The position numbers were made by a program, and so were the translations under genes. Shown here piece after piece: positions 14,615 to 28,090 of a stretch of 64,000 bases of DNA (position 1 is its first letter; each line of letters begins with the position of its first letter). Location: assembly GCA_025786725.1 (NCBI GenBank), contig JAHLTZ010000030.1, positions 1 through 64,000 on the forward strand. The letters run 5' to 3'. Origin of the DNA: Syncephalis fuscata S228 (taxonomy: Eukaryota > Fungi > Zoopagomycota). The notes below the pieces were generated by a model. It worked only from the letters and a program-made list of their open reading frames with translations, had not been told where the DNA came from and did no database searches.

Positions 14615-17600
14615 ATGGCAAGTGTTTCTAACGAGCTTGTTTCTACTGAGCCGTTTTCACCAGGTAACAACTAATATAAATTTATAATAAACTATATGTA
14701 TATATAGTATGTATGCTAGTTAGCTAGTTAGTTAGATTAGCTATTGGTATAAAGTAGCCCTTTACTATACAGTTTGTATAGATTTATCAAATAGCACTTC
14801 ATGACTCTACTACATAGTAGACATAATAGCATAACGTGTATATACATACAAGATAGCACAAAATAACTTGTAGTATTTGTTTATTACTTAGATTCGGCGG
14901 CATCGCCAGATCTCGATAATGTTACAAGCACAGACATATCAAACGTACTAAGTGTACCAAGTAAAACAATGGTAGAAGTCGTTATTCCTCAAACTAGCCT
15001 CATTAATGCGGCCAACCAAGCAAAACCTATGGTGTATTCAAAACAAGATCCAGAATTGGAACAGGATAACCAGGGCAATGTCATAGAGGACAACTACGAC
15101 TTGGGCTTTTCAGATGTATTGTTTATAACGCTCAATTGGATCTTAATACATGTACTGGCCCAAACATATTATGCCATTGATGGCAGAATAGTGGCTGAAC
15201 AAGTAATAGCCGAACATTTAAGCAACGGTACTATTGCCGGAATTGTATCAAAAAGTATTGGATTACGCATTGTAACGGCATTGGAACAATTAGCATTAAC
15301 AGATGTATGTCATAGATATAACAATAAAGATATACTAATGATACAGTAAATAATCTATTAGACGGTAAAAGCCTCGAGTGATGAAGAAATAGACACTGAG
15401 AAGCAATTAGAAGAACATATTATTAGCCGTATTAATAATCGACAGATATTTCTACAATTATTAGCAAGTGGTATAAGAGATGCAGGCAATGCAGTACCCA
15501 CTGAACTATCCACTCGAATTACTAATGCCACACAAATAGCATTGAATTCTATGGCAAGTAGATGAGTGATGGATAGGCAGTTGATTAATATCGAGTATGA
15601 TATAGACGGATACTGATCAACCATGGCCACGTAAAGTGTATATTGGTAAACAGTCAGAATGGCTGCATCCTGAAATAAAACAGCTTAATCAAGAATACAA
15701 TACAGTAAGTTGATAGATTCTATTTAATAACATGATTCCATTGTATTTATTATTTTTACTTTAGTTATTTACTACAATCCCTCCACCTTATTATGATATG
15801 GTTGATTCAGACACATTAAGGTAAGTATTGTATGAATGTCATGTAAATAGTACATATTTATCATATATAATAGAACTCGTTTCATTGTTGAGCGTGCAAA
15901 TCCCAATGCACTACCTCGTGGTGATGAAGATCTTGAATATTCTATTGGTGACCATGATGTAGAACAATCTCCAGATATTAGAAACGACGAAGAACATAGT
16001 GATTATAGCTATCATAGTGTTCATAGTGATCATAGTGATGATGAAGAACAAATTGATAGTAAAAGCGACAATGGCAGTCAGAAAGCAGCATGTTTTGTAG
16101 CATTATCATCAAATGATTTAGATGACAAAGTACTAAATACCGATGTTGATTTAGAAAAGATATGGATGCACGCATTTAGACTAGAAATTGTAGAGACTTA
16201 TTTATCTATGGCACCGAAAGAGCTAAATAATATAGTTGCCTATGATATTCGCAGTACATCGCTTATAGATCGCATTAAATCGCGTGTTGATAAACAATTT
16301 AATGAGCTAGTTAAATTAGCCAATATTATTATGGTGAGTTTAGTTGTATATATTTATTAAATAGTAGTTAACAACGCTTGTTTAATAGAATGGACAAGAT
16401 ATATCGGTATTAAGAACACAAGTAGATATTGAATTGGATAAGATGCAATCACAGCCTAGTGCCATTATAACTTTATTAGAAAAGTTAAATACTGCTTTTA
16501 ATTGGTCGGAGAATGAGACAAGAGTAGTTCAAGCAATTCAAAAGATAGCAGCCCAGTTAAATCCTCAATTATATGTAAGTTAATTAATCGGTATTAATAT
16601 TTGTATTAACCCTATTTAATAAGATGTCATCACCATTGCCATCACCAGCACCATTTCCAAATATATCAAGATCGCCATCGCCATCGTCTTTATCTTTATC
16701 ATTTAAACGGGACAGATTGCTGTCAACACCACCACCACCGCTTTTAAAAAGCCCCTTAATTCTCAAACAACACCGTAAGTAGTAGTAATAGAAATGGGAA
16801 TATTAATAGTACTTCTAGTGGCAGTGTTCAATCATTAAACATTGCAGTTAACACATTGAAATAATACTAACTTGTAACTACATTGTAGAACTAATATACA
16901 AGAAATAGCGGATGTTGTACTTGTTGAAAAAATGGAAAGTATAATTCGTTCACACTATTATAGAAAAGAACATTTTACGCAATCAACAAACAATATAATT
17001 GAAGATCTACATTCAAACGAGCTTGGACGTCGTTTACGAATCAATATAGATAGAACCATCAAGCGTTTATCTGAAGCAGGTACAATCGAGAGGGTAGGTC
17101 ATCAGATAGACATCAAACAGCTGTAACTAACTTGATACAGGATTTGTCATCTTCTGAGATGAGCAATTTAGTAACTTTAATTACTCATCAGTCGATGAAA
17201 AAGGCCATTGTGAATCGTTTGTTGGGTGCTGCTATGAAGAATATAAAGCAAAATCCCCTGCTTAAATCATTCTGCAATGAAGTGGACCGATTACGACATT
17301 TCTCTTACAGAAATTATAATGTGATTTAATAATACGCATAATAACAATAGTTTACTAATAATGGCTGATTATAGGCATCATTGAATTCAGGTACTAAAAC
17401 AAACAAACAATTAATATTAAATCCAAATTTTGCACAACAACGATTGCAACAGAAAAAGGAAGAGGAAGATCGGAGAATACAGAAAATACAGAAAATACAA
17501 TATATACAAGAACAGCTAGAACAGCAAATAAAAATAAAAGAACAAGAACAGTTAGATCAGCAAATGAAACAAAAAGAGCAAGAACAACAAATAAGAGACA

Positions 17601-17917
17601 AGCAGCGGTTAAAAGAGCAAGAACAACAATTACAACAGGAATTGTTACAACGGCGTACATCGTCTAATTATGCCAATACTACTACTATACAGTCCAATTC
17701 ATACAAAGTTGAATCAGATTTGATTATGGCTCAACTGCAAGCAGTACAGCATAAACAAGTGACAAATCAGATAACACAGTCTATTCAACCTACTATACCA
17801 CCACCATCCATGGATTTAACGCAATTTCTTAATCAAACAGAAGTCATGCATCTAACTGCGATACTTGACCGACTTCCGCCTCATCTTCGTCGTCGGTTCC
17901 TTGAACGTTGGGTGTAA
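14615..17917 (+). CDS. Uncharacterised multi-exon protein (family member 3) with three copies of the shared helical domain and a Q/E/K coiled coil
   Basis: ATG at 14615; about 11 exons joined in frame by short introns; ends FLNQTEVMHLTAILDRLPPHLRRRFLERWV. Some exon borders are uncertain. Confidence 0.75.
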
Positions 17918-18426
17918 TTTCTTTGCTTGTTTTACCTTTGCAATTATATGCATTTGTTTATAATCATTTCATTTCAATACGGCGATTAGATTATACTGCA
18001 ATAAATAAATAGTTTATAGTCATTATTTGTACTATACAATCAATTAAGTCTCTACTTTATTATACACTTGATGTAATAGCATTTATTGTTTATTAATTGA
18101 CTGTACTAATATGAACAAGTATTCAATAGTTATATCTACATAATATGACTAATTTCTAATACCATTATTACTCAGCCGTCTATTATTTGGCCTTATGCCA
18201 GTTTGTAAACAATCTAGAACTACAACACAACACAACATGTGCCTGTGCTCGCGTAAATACTTTGCATTTATCCGATGACGATAGCCAACCATATCTATTT
18301 AGCCGATGACTATCCGCATCTCATAGTATTCCTTCTCCGTCAACATAGCTTTTCCTTAAATAGTCTACTATTTTGCTTATGCGCTAGTATTGGTTAGATA
18401 CTGTCAATTACTAATACGCTATTGCA

Positions 18427-20037
18427 ATGCCTTATTCTGAAGAATATACGGTGTATAACACACCGCGAAAACAGGGCCACACATCGACCTTTACTCGTTG
18501 GGCCGTAAAATGGCGGCGCCTGAATCGTCCATTGCGTTGGCTCATCCTACTGGGCATTGTATTCGGTATCGGCTGGACTATGCTAGCTATTTGGCGTTGG
18601 GCCCGGAACAGTAGAGATTATGGTAAGCGTCACTGCTGTAGATACATCAGTGTAGCATGCTTCTAATCATCAATAGGCAAAAAGTTTGTTGCATATAGTA
18701 CTGGCTCACTTACTTCGACTCGCTGCAAGGTGCCGTATCCTGATCGGCCACATATTCAATACGTGTTAATGATAGATGCCGGCAGTACTGGATCTCGTAT
18801 TCACGCCTATCGCTTCAATTATTGTCAACAGCATCCAGAACTGGAGTCGGAAGTATTCCACCATATCGAGCCGGGTCTTTCAGCTTTTCCTGATAATCCA
18901 GATGCCGCAGCACGTAGTCTTGATGAGTTGATGCAGGTGGCACTTCAAAGTGTGCCAGAATCACTGCATAGCTGTACACCAGTGGCCGTTAAGGCTACTG
19001 CTGGTCTTCGTCTACTAGGTCCTACCACCAGTGATGCTATTCTAGCACAGGTCCGTCATCACTTAACGACCAACTATCCATTCCCTATTGTTAAGAAGGA
19101 TGGTGTTGTTATCATGGATGGCAAGGATGAAGGTGTATATGCGTGGATTACCGTTAATTATCTGCTTAGTAACTTTGATGCCGATAAGCGCGTATCTACT
19201 GCAGCCATCTTCGATTTAGGTGGTGGATCGACGCAAATTGTATTCGAGCCAACTATGCCAATTAATCAGCCAATGACCCCTGGCGAACATGAATACGCAC
19301 TGCAGTTTTCTAGCCGGGACTATGTACTTTATCAGCACAGCTATCTTGGCTTTGGATTGATGGAGGCCAGACGGCGTATTCTACAGTATAATATCCACAA
19401 ATGGCAAAAGGAGTCTGGTCCAGATGGGCTTGTTAATCATCCATGTCTGCCAGTAGACTATCGTGAGATATTGCCAACGGGTAGTGGTGATCCTGCTCAC
19501 GAACTTAAAGCATATCCCGAGGCAGATAAATCTATTACGCTTGTTGGATCGGCCAATGGACTTGATCAATGCCGTAAATTCGTTAAAGACTTGATGTTTA
19601 ACAAGGACCACACCATTTGTCCAGTTCGTCCATGCGCATTTGACGGTGTCTATCAGCCAAGCTTACAGGATACGTTCAGCCATGGCGATTTGTATATATT
19701 CTCCTACTTTTATGATCGGTTAGAAGCATTGGGCTTTGGTAGGGACTTTACTCTACAGGATGTACACGATGCAGCCGACCATGTTTGTAAAAACGATACC
19801 GCTTGGTTTGAACGCAAAAAAGGTGTAAAAGACGTGGCCAATTTATTTAAAAAGAATGCTTATTACTGTGCTGATATGGCATTTATTTATGGTTTGTTAC
19901 ATGATGGCTATGAAGTGCCTAATGTGCGCCAAATGCATATGGCCAAAAAGATCAAGGACTTTGAGACAGGCTGGTGTGTTGGTGCTGCCATTGCCGTACT
20001 TGACGAAGGCCATTATTGCCGTGTACGAGAATTGTAG
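18427..20037 (+). CDS. GDA1: Golgi guanosine diphosphatase (GDA1/CD39 family), 2 exons (18427-18622, 18677-20037)
   Basis: N-terminal TM anchor; apyrase motifs IDAGSTGSRIH, KATAGLRLL, MDGKDEGVYAWITVNYL, DLGGGSTQ, GWCVGA. Confidence 0.93.
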
Positions 20038-20064
20038 GCCTAGTCATGATCGGCTAAATTCTAT

Positions 20065-21074
20065 TCAGTCCAAAACAATACAAAAATTATTGCGTTTGCC
20101 ACCAGGACGAATTTCTTTTTTTGTAAACTTTTTACTTGTATTGGCTGATGCTAATGAACAAGCTGATGTTGTATCTCGTTGAAATAAATAATAAGCAAGC
20201 CGAGAAGAAAAGTGGTGCGCTACTAATTGATCCATACCAATGGTCTTCATAATGTCAATTAATAAATCGTGATCTAAATAGCGTGAGTTGTTAATGCAAG
20301 GCAATGGCAATACAAGAAATAAATAGCCGGCGCCATTAGGGCGAAGGAATTCAATAACGCGTCGTAGCATTGTGCCTAATTATCAAATGATTATTAAATA
20401 TTGAATATCGAATGACTATACTTATTTATCAATTACTTACCGCGTGCTTTGATGTCACCGACAAAGTTAACAACTAACGATAGACAAATAATGTCATATC
20501 GATCATTTAGTTGTTCTGGTGGTGACATTGTAATAAAATCACCTTGACGAATACCTTTTTCGCGTGGATTTAAATCAACTGCATCGACTTCGATCCAGGC
20601 TGATTCTCTATAATAATTATTGGCCGCTAGTGCTCCTACATCTAATAAACGCAATTTATCTGTGGATATCTTTAATTGAATTAACTACTATTGCAAATGA
20701 CCAGTATTATTATATATATAACTTACTTTTGAACGTACATCCAATGAAGTTAGCTGTTTTATTAGCCAACGGCTTGTATCGCCACCACGTATAAAGCTAG
20801 CACCTTTAACACTAGCTGATTGATATGCATCGAGTCCACCAAGTGTTTTGAGCTCGTCACGAATCTCACAAGCTCGTATTGTATTATTTGTGGCCTCACA
20901 CTGAGCTAGTTCTTTATTTAGCGTATGGTAGCGGCGAATAAGTTGGTTGTTGGGCTTTGTGTAAATACTTGCTTCGTTATTAGCACCATTACTGCCGCTG
21001 CGATTCAAGGCAGTGTGAGAAGCACTGAGTGTAATTGGACGTCGTTTTGTTAAACGTTTACGGTGAGGTGGCAT
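20065..21074 (-). CDS. BMT2: 25S rRNA adenine-N1 methyltransferase Bmt2, 3 exons
   Basis: GGLDAYQSAS..RGGDTSRWL, LLDVGAL, ICLSLVVNFVGD..ARG, LFLVLPLPCINNSRY, NNFCIVL. Confidence 0.9.
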
Positions 21075-21289
21075 GTTGTTAGGAAAAAATAAAAAATAAA
21101 ATAATACAATTTGAATGAAACGCAAAAAGTGTTAAAATGTTAATACAAAAGTATTAGACCAAATAAAGTATATCGTTTATTATTTGCTTAAAAACAGTAT
21201 TCAATACATAGTATAATAACAAGGAAAGTGTAACCATTAGGCTATATATTATCATTATATATTTTTAGTATTTGCTAATCATTTATTGC

Positions 21290-23870
21290 TTATAATATGT
21301 TTGGATGATCAAATGACTACATATGTAATATTGGCATAATTGGTCTATATTCTTTCTAATGAACATGAATGGGTGGTGAATAACATCAGTCATCAAATAC
21401 TCATAATCGTAGATCAATTATCCAGTATGCATATATCTTCTATCCATTTATATCATTTCCATTGTATATCCATACAACTATATACTATTCTATGGTATAC
21501 AGACAATATATATTTGTTATATATATTAAATCGTTTTATTGCTTAATAAATAATATAGCTTCAATGTTGCTATTTATACTTTCTCATTGTATATTTATGA
21601 TATTCTATAACTGTATAATACATTAGATATGCGCTAGCTAAAACTGCTGTTCATTTGACACTATTTTGTTATTTATAAATATCAACTCATTTATTTTATT
21701 AAATCACTAGCAATACAATTGCGATGTTGTTATTCATTCACATGCTTATCATTCTGCTATAGAATAGACATAAACTGTTAATAAAATATTTATTGCTACC
21801 TGTATTTATAATTGACATGGAAGCACACTTCAGTATAGCTGGATGGACAATCGAGTCAACCGACTGGTGCAGATATGATTGTTTTGTGGACAAGTGTAGA
21901 ATAAAAAAGGGACTATCATCTGATCTAGTGGTGAAATGGCATCCGTGCACCAAAATGGTCCAGCCAGGCGCAATACACCAATAAACAGTCGCCATGTACT
22001 CTACCAATATTGTCCATTCTAATTGGTGGATATATTTTGGAATAAGCTTATAAGGTGTGCTGAGCGTACTTTTGCTCATTACTTCGCTTTCTCTTGTTTC
22101 TAGTTGTTAATATGCTGTAAACTGCTTGTTAATGGAAGCATCTGTTCTAGTAGCTATATCCAGTGGTGAGTGGTCTCCTTGTTGGTTGATCACGATATAC
22201 TGCGTTATGCATTTGAGCTGTGTTGAATGTAGAATACAGTAGTGCAGACTATTGTGTTATACTAGCTAGCAACTATATGGTTGCCTGTACTAGGCAGCTG
22301 TATACTGGCATAGTGTGGAGATATGTGGGATAACAGGGTGTGCAGTACTGTGTTTAGCAAGTCAGTATTGCTGTGCACTCCCCTCATGTTGATGCGGCGA
22401 CCCGTATGGGTGGTCATATGTTAGTGCTCACTTGTATTGAACGTGCACTGGAGGTGTGTTTGATAGCCTTCAACTTGCTGAATACTATCATCGCACACTA
22501 GACTGGTGTGATATGTGGCTTATTCGTACTGAATACCATGCATTACACTGTTTACTTGTGGGTGTTGTTAAACGATTGTAATAGAACACTAGTCGCCATA
22601 CCATTTTAGTTTTCAACTGCCGTGTATTACTTTATACAACACTGACATAAACAAGGACTACGGCCGAAAACAAATGGCATCTCTACTACTATAATGTCTT
22701 AGCGTAGACTGGTTACTATATTACAATTATTTAATAACATATCAGTATTGGCGATGTGTGTTTAGTTGTAATATGTTGTGGTGTTCATGTGTTCAGCTCT
22801 AGACATCAACTACAAATGGGTGAATCCATAGTTTGGTGCAGCTTATTGCTACGCTTGAATTCCATGGCATTTTATAACATTTATTGAACAGCATCGCCAT
22901 CAAGATAGCAGCTAATATAGAGCTGTACGCATCCGACAAATTTACTTACGCCCAAGTCGTAGTATGTCGGTACTCCAGGTGGACGTATAGTTGCTATATT
23001 AGCTGCTACCTTGTTTAACAACTTTTAACAACATTTCTAGTTTATTTGTATAACAATAACAACAATACACAAACAACTACACTCGTGTACACTATAAACT
23101 ATACGCAAGGAACAATCAACTAGATGTAGGTGCTTATTACTACTAAACAATACTAACGCACTTTTATTATAGCTATTCAAGCATTGGTGCCGGATCAACA
23201 AGTATATCCAAACTGCATTTGTTATCGGGCACAAATATTTTGCATGCAACTTACAATACCAACTATAGAATTCGTTGGCACAAGCATCGACAACAATACT
23301 GTATACTGTCGTTGGTACTATTGTTTGGGCTGGATTCTAAATGGGACATATACTTATCTGGTTTATATTACCCAACACTAACTGGCATTGCTATTGCGTA
23401 TCTGCTAAATGTTTTGGTTTGATTGAAGTGGTGGTAATAAAGAGGGAGGTGGTGGGCATTACACATATATTACATTGAAATGGTAGATTTAATAAAGAAG
23501 CGCATGAGGTGTTTGCTGAATCGACATAACACTGTGACTCCATTACTAGTTTGTCTAATGTTGTGCTTATTATGTTTAATAAAACTATAATACTGGTACA
23601 TGTATTCAATTAAAGTCACTGATACTTGAATGGCTAGATTACAAGTAGCTACATTCAATACTGCATCTACGCCAACTATTTTAATAATAGTGCCAATGAT
23701 TTATTTATTGCTGTGTTATTTATTGCCATTTAACATGATCCAGTGGTCAAATGGCTGCATTTAATAGCATCTAATCTATTGAACATGAGTGATGGTGAAT
23801 GACATCAATCATCAAATACTTATCGTTGTAGATTCATTATCCATATGCATATATTCAGTATACATATAGA
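21290..23870 (+). mobile_element. Cassette A copy 1: TIR module + ~2.3-kb non-coding body + second direct TIR module (23728)
   Basis: Near-identical to 28874-31450, 44818-47390, 60790-63360 and the reverse complement of 38180-40753. The same short ORF translations recur in the ORF track. Confidence 0.85.
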
Positions 23871-24599
23871 ATTTTATTATATACTCAGACTATATATATT
23901 ATTCTATCTTTGGAAGTTATTAGTGCATAGCAGTCCAATCATCATGCTACTAAACTCGCTGCATGCTTTGGTTTGCCATAGATCACCACTGCAGTCGTTT
24001 TAAAAGTAGTAGTAGATTGCACTTTTAGTACGGCCACTGAATAACATTTCAGTACCATCAGTGCGATCTACTACTGTCGCTACTGTATATGCTATTACCA
24101 GCACGATCTATAGTGGCAATCTATAGCAAATCAAGGCATACAGTAGCTTTGGCAGCATATGGTCGCTACATTCGTCGTACTGGCAGTTGTGCATATACAA
24201 TAGCGTAATCTGCAATGATCCATAGCATAAACAAAGTGTACAACGAGACTTCACAGCATATGCTCAAAATAACATAAAACAAGCCAGGAATGCACTTACC
24301 GTGTCAATAAAGCTGCCAAAAGCAACGATCAGAGCAAGGAAAGTGATTTGTAAAAAAAGGTTAGATTACAAAAGAGCAATTCAAGTACATAAGTAAATAG
24401 TGTTTGTACATAATAGTAGACAGTCAACTACTGACACTATTTAGATGGTATATATGGAGTGTACAAATATATGGTATAGATATATGCTATCAAGTGTGAA
24501 GAAAGAGAAAGGAAATGTGATGACGTAGATTGTGAGCTGTGAGTCTGTCAGTCAATATTTATAAACAGCCGAGTTTAATTCATTAATAAATGGAGTGTA

Positions 24600-24860
24600 A
24601 ATAATAAAAGTCAATCTACCCAACATGTCGATACATCATAGAACAGATTAATAGTAAATGAACAAATGCATTGAGAATAAAAGTTATTTGACACCAAAAC
24701 TACTCATTATTATAGAACATATACTCAGTATATTAAAAGATCAATTAAATATAATAAAAGTCATTTACACCCAAAAACACTCATTATCATAGAGGTGTTT
24801 GTCAGTATAATAGCGAATGCATTAAAGAATAAAAGTTAATTAATACTAAAAGTCAGTGTA
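24600..24860. repeat. Degenerate ~75-bp tandem repeat x4 downstream of the kinase (also 56510-56760)
   Basis: aataaaagt(c/t)a recurs at ~24603, 24676, 24753 and 24828, the middle units continuing ...cacc.aaaa.actcattat.atag. Confidence 0.7.
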
Positions 24861-25040
24861 GTACAATACATATCAACGGTTACTACATTATAAAGATGAA
24901 CAATGGCTTACATATTAAATAGAATAAAAATAATAGTATTTATTTATAATATATAAGTAATTAATGTACATACAAGATGAGACAACTATGCAGTATGATT
25001 AGTATTGTGATTTGTATAATTGTTAGTAAGTACTTACCTT

Positions 25041-27403
25041 TTATTTAGCATTCTTTTTGCTAAAACGGACCTTGCGAGGTGGCAGACTCCCTTTGTTTTT
25101 GACGCACAATGTCTTGTATTTGGAATAACGGATGCGTTTTGGACTGCGGGTTGGAGGACTAGGTGCTATATGCCGCCGTGTTCCTGTTACCCGTGGTGGC
25201 GATACACGTGCTGGTGCTGGTGCAACAGCTACTGCTGGCGTGACCGGTGGAGCTGTTACCGGTGTAGTAGCTGTTGCTGTTGGTGGTGGAGCTGTTACTG
25301 GTGTAGTAGCTGTTGGTGGTGGTGGCTGTAATGCTGGTGGTGGAGGTGGAGGTGGAGGCGGTGGTGCTGGTGCTGATCCATTGTTGAACCAAGAACAGTT
25401 CAATGCCTGGGCGACGGTATACCGTGTGGTACTATCTAGATCTAGTAATCCTTCCATCAATTGAATGGCTGCAGTGTATTAGTTAATGTTAATAAAAAAT
25501 ATATAACTTACCTTGATTACTTAACCCGTTGATTCTTCCCCGGCCAAATGTGGGCGGATTCTGTAGTATACGCCTCATATACATAGATTGGGTCTTTACT
25601 ATGCTATATGGGCAGCGTCCTAATTAACAGTATTAAACAGTTAGTATTTGCTTTTGTTTTTGTTTGCACTTACCCAGTAACATCGTATGGAGCGTTGCTC
25701 CCAAGCCCCACATATCGGCGGGCTTTCCATACCCCTTAGCATTCAACAATGCTGAAGGTAGCCGATCTTTGGCCCCAGGCATGCTTTTGATGATATCCTC
25801 CATATTCTCCCGCCTATTAGTTCCCAAAGCACCTCAGGTGCCATGTAGGCAACTGTGCCGCAAAAAGTGGTCACAGTTAGTGAAGGAGGGAGAATGCATG
25901 CCATCCCAAAGTCTGTAAATACGACTCTGGGACCCCCCTGGCCACCAAACAACAGCATGTTGTCGGGCTATTTAAATGTTAGCAATAATTACAAATATTT
26001 AATAAATACTTACTTTGATATCTAAATAACAATAGTAATAATAGTAATAATAGTAATAATAGTGATTAGTGATTATATTAATTAATAGGTTAATGTATTT
26101 ACCACGATGAATGATATTCATGCTATGAAGGTGCTAATAAATGTTAGTATTTTAATTATGTTTTATACTAGTACTTACTTGAATACCTTCAAGCAGCTGT
26201 TTAAAGATATATTTTGCTTCCATCTCTGGAAGTGGGGCTTTTGAGACGATGTGATTAATTAGATCACCGCCTGTTGCGTACTCAAGAGACAAGTACGTGT
26301 TCAGGGCGGTGACCGTACCATCTAAAAAGCCTATTACGCCAGGGTGTTACCCACCGCACGTAATGTGGCGACTTCATTATTGAAGCTTTTAAGGCCGCTT
26401 CCTTTTGATGATACTTTGACCGCAACACGTTCGCCTGTGCTGCGGTCAAATCCCATGTAGACTTGGCCAAAAGCGCCCCTATTATAAATAATTAGTAGCT
26501 AATTAGTTAGTTTAGTTTATTACTTACTCTCCAATGGGCTTATCAACAAGCATGAACTTCTGGTTGATTTTCTATAACATTAATAAAATAATATTAGCAA
26601 TATTTAAATATAATTGTAACTTACCTTTTCGTATCTTTGCTGTCTTCTATTTTTACAGGCTTATAATGTTTAATGATGTAGATATTAAACGTTACTGCCA
26701 CGCATAATTAGAAATAATCATAAATAATCACTTGTCACTTACTATTGTGGCCAGGTATTGTGACAACACAATCACCAGCAAATCTTCTTGATCCATGGCA
26801 CCCAATTCAATCATTAACTAAAATAATTGTTAGTAAAATAATTACTATTACTTGTTAAACTAACCCATTAAAACATCTAGTTCAATGTTCTAAATCACTA
26901 ATTAGTATTAATAATGTTAAATGCCCATTTACTTACTTTGAATGTAATAAAACCATTTGACTATAATAATTCATAATTAGTACCCGTTTATCAATGCAAA
27001 TATTATACTTACTACTAAAAATTTGAAGCATTGATCTGGCAAAGATGCAGTGGCCAGGCGGACATTGCTGTTTAAATGTGTATGATATTAGCTTATTGTT
27101 TATATATTACTTTAAATAATTACCAGCCTTGATCGGACCCAACAGTATAGCTCTTATTTTTTATTAACAGAATTTCTAAATAAACACTAATTAGATATAT
27201 TTATATTTAGTATTGTTTAACTTACTTTTAGATCCTGCCTCATGGATTCTAACCCATGCAATGGTGTTAGTACGTACGTGCATAGATAGATTGTTCCAGA
27301 TTTCTGGAACGTTATAAAACATCAAATCCTCATTGCTTAGAAGATTCAATGGCTGTTGAACAGCAACAGCAGCTGGAGCAGTTGGGGCGGAAGTAGAAGA
27401 CAT
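25041..27403 (-). pseudogene. FHA-like + CAMK-group Ser/Thr kinase copy 1, frameshifted as assembled
   Basis: Same exons as 56948-59322 but with small deletions: cccaaagc vs cccaaaagc (~25825), gggtgttac vs gggtgattac (~26347), gtatcttt vs gtactcttt (~26633), and VNG to VND* (~26810). Confidence 0.75.
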
Positions 27404-27544
27404 TTTTATAAAGTATAAAATAAAAATAAGTAAATGGGTAAATTTCAAGTTGAAAGTTATGAACTGGAAGTAGAGCTGTAGAAAAAGTAAGGCAAACAAT
27501 TATGTGTATTGCTCTTTCGTTTATTTAAATATTTACAGCATTAT

Positions 27545-28090
27545 AGTATCAATTAATGTTGAAGCCAATGCCACAATTGCAATCAGTATTCTAAGAATCA
27601 TCAGAATGCAAATCAGCGTGGAAGGCAATACAGCAATGCCAACTGATATTCTAAAAAGGTATAATACCAATCAGTATTCTAGGAAATATTGTAATGCCAA
27701 CTAGCATTGGATGCAATGTCACAACACCAACCATTATTCTAGGAAGCATTGCAATGCAAATCAGTATTGAAGACAAAGCTACAGTGCCAACCAGTATTTT
27801 AAAAAAAGCACAATGTAAATCAGTATGGAAGGCAACATTACAATGTAATTTTTTATTCTAAAAATATTACAATGTCAATCAGTACTGGATGCAATGTTAG
27901 AATGCCAACCAGTGCTGAAGATAATGTTATGTTGCCAACCAGTATAGAAAGCATTGCCACAATGTAAATCAATATTTTAGAAAATATTGCAATGTAAATC
28001 ATTATTGGCTGCAATGCTACAATGCCAACCAGTATTCTAAGAAATAGTACAATGCCAACCAGTATTGAAGGTGATACAAGAATAACAATG
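27545..28090. repeat. 30-bp minisatellite (~18 degenerate units) just upstream of the kinase start
   Basis: acaatgccaaccagtatt / gcaatgtaaatcagtatt recur every 30 bp. Confidence 0.85.

Noticed and set aside
21738-23658. Short ORFs recurring in all cassette A copies (e.g. MVEYMATVYWC.., MVPDQQVY.., MNTCTSI..)
   Set aside because: They recur only because the DNA is duplicated. They overlap on both strands, mostly use non-ATG starts, are disrupted by indels between copies, and show no transposase or other recognisable motif in the frames I translated.
25020-25464. Plus-strand Cys/Trp-rich and Gly/Val-rich ORFs (also 56927-57371, 12400-12807, 48454-48908, 6516-6785)
   Set aside because: They are antisense shadows of low-complexity coding regions on the other strand.
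27545-28090. 30-bp periodic array as a CRISPR array, or as a coding repeat (ORFs 27853-28182, 59421-59777)
   Set aside because: The context is eukaryotic, the units are contiguous and degenerate with no unique spacers, and there are no cas genes. The ORF frames differ between the two copies.
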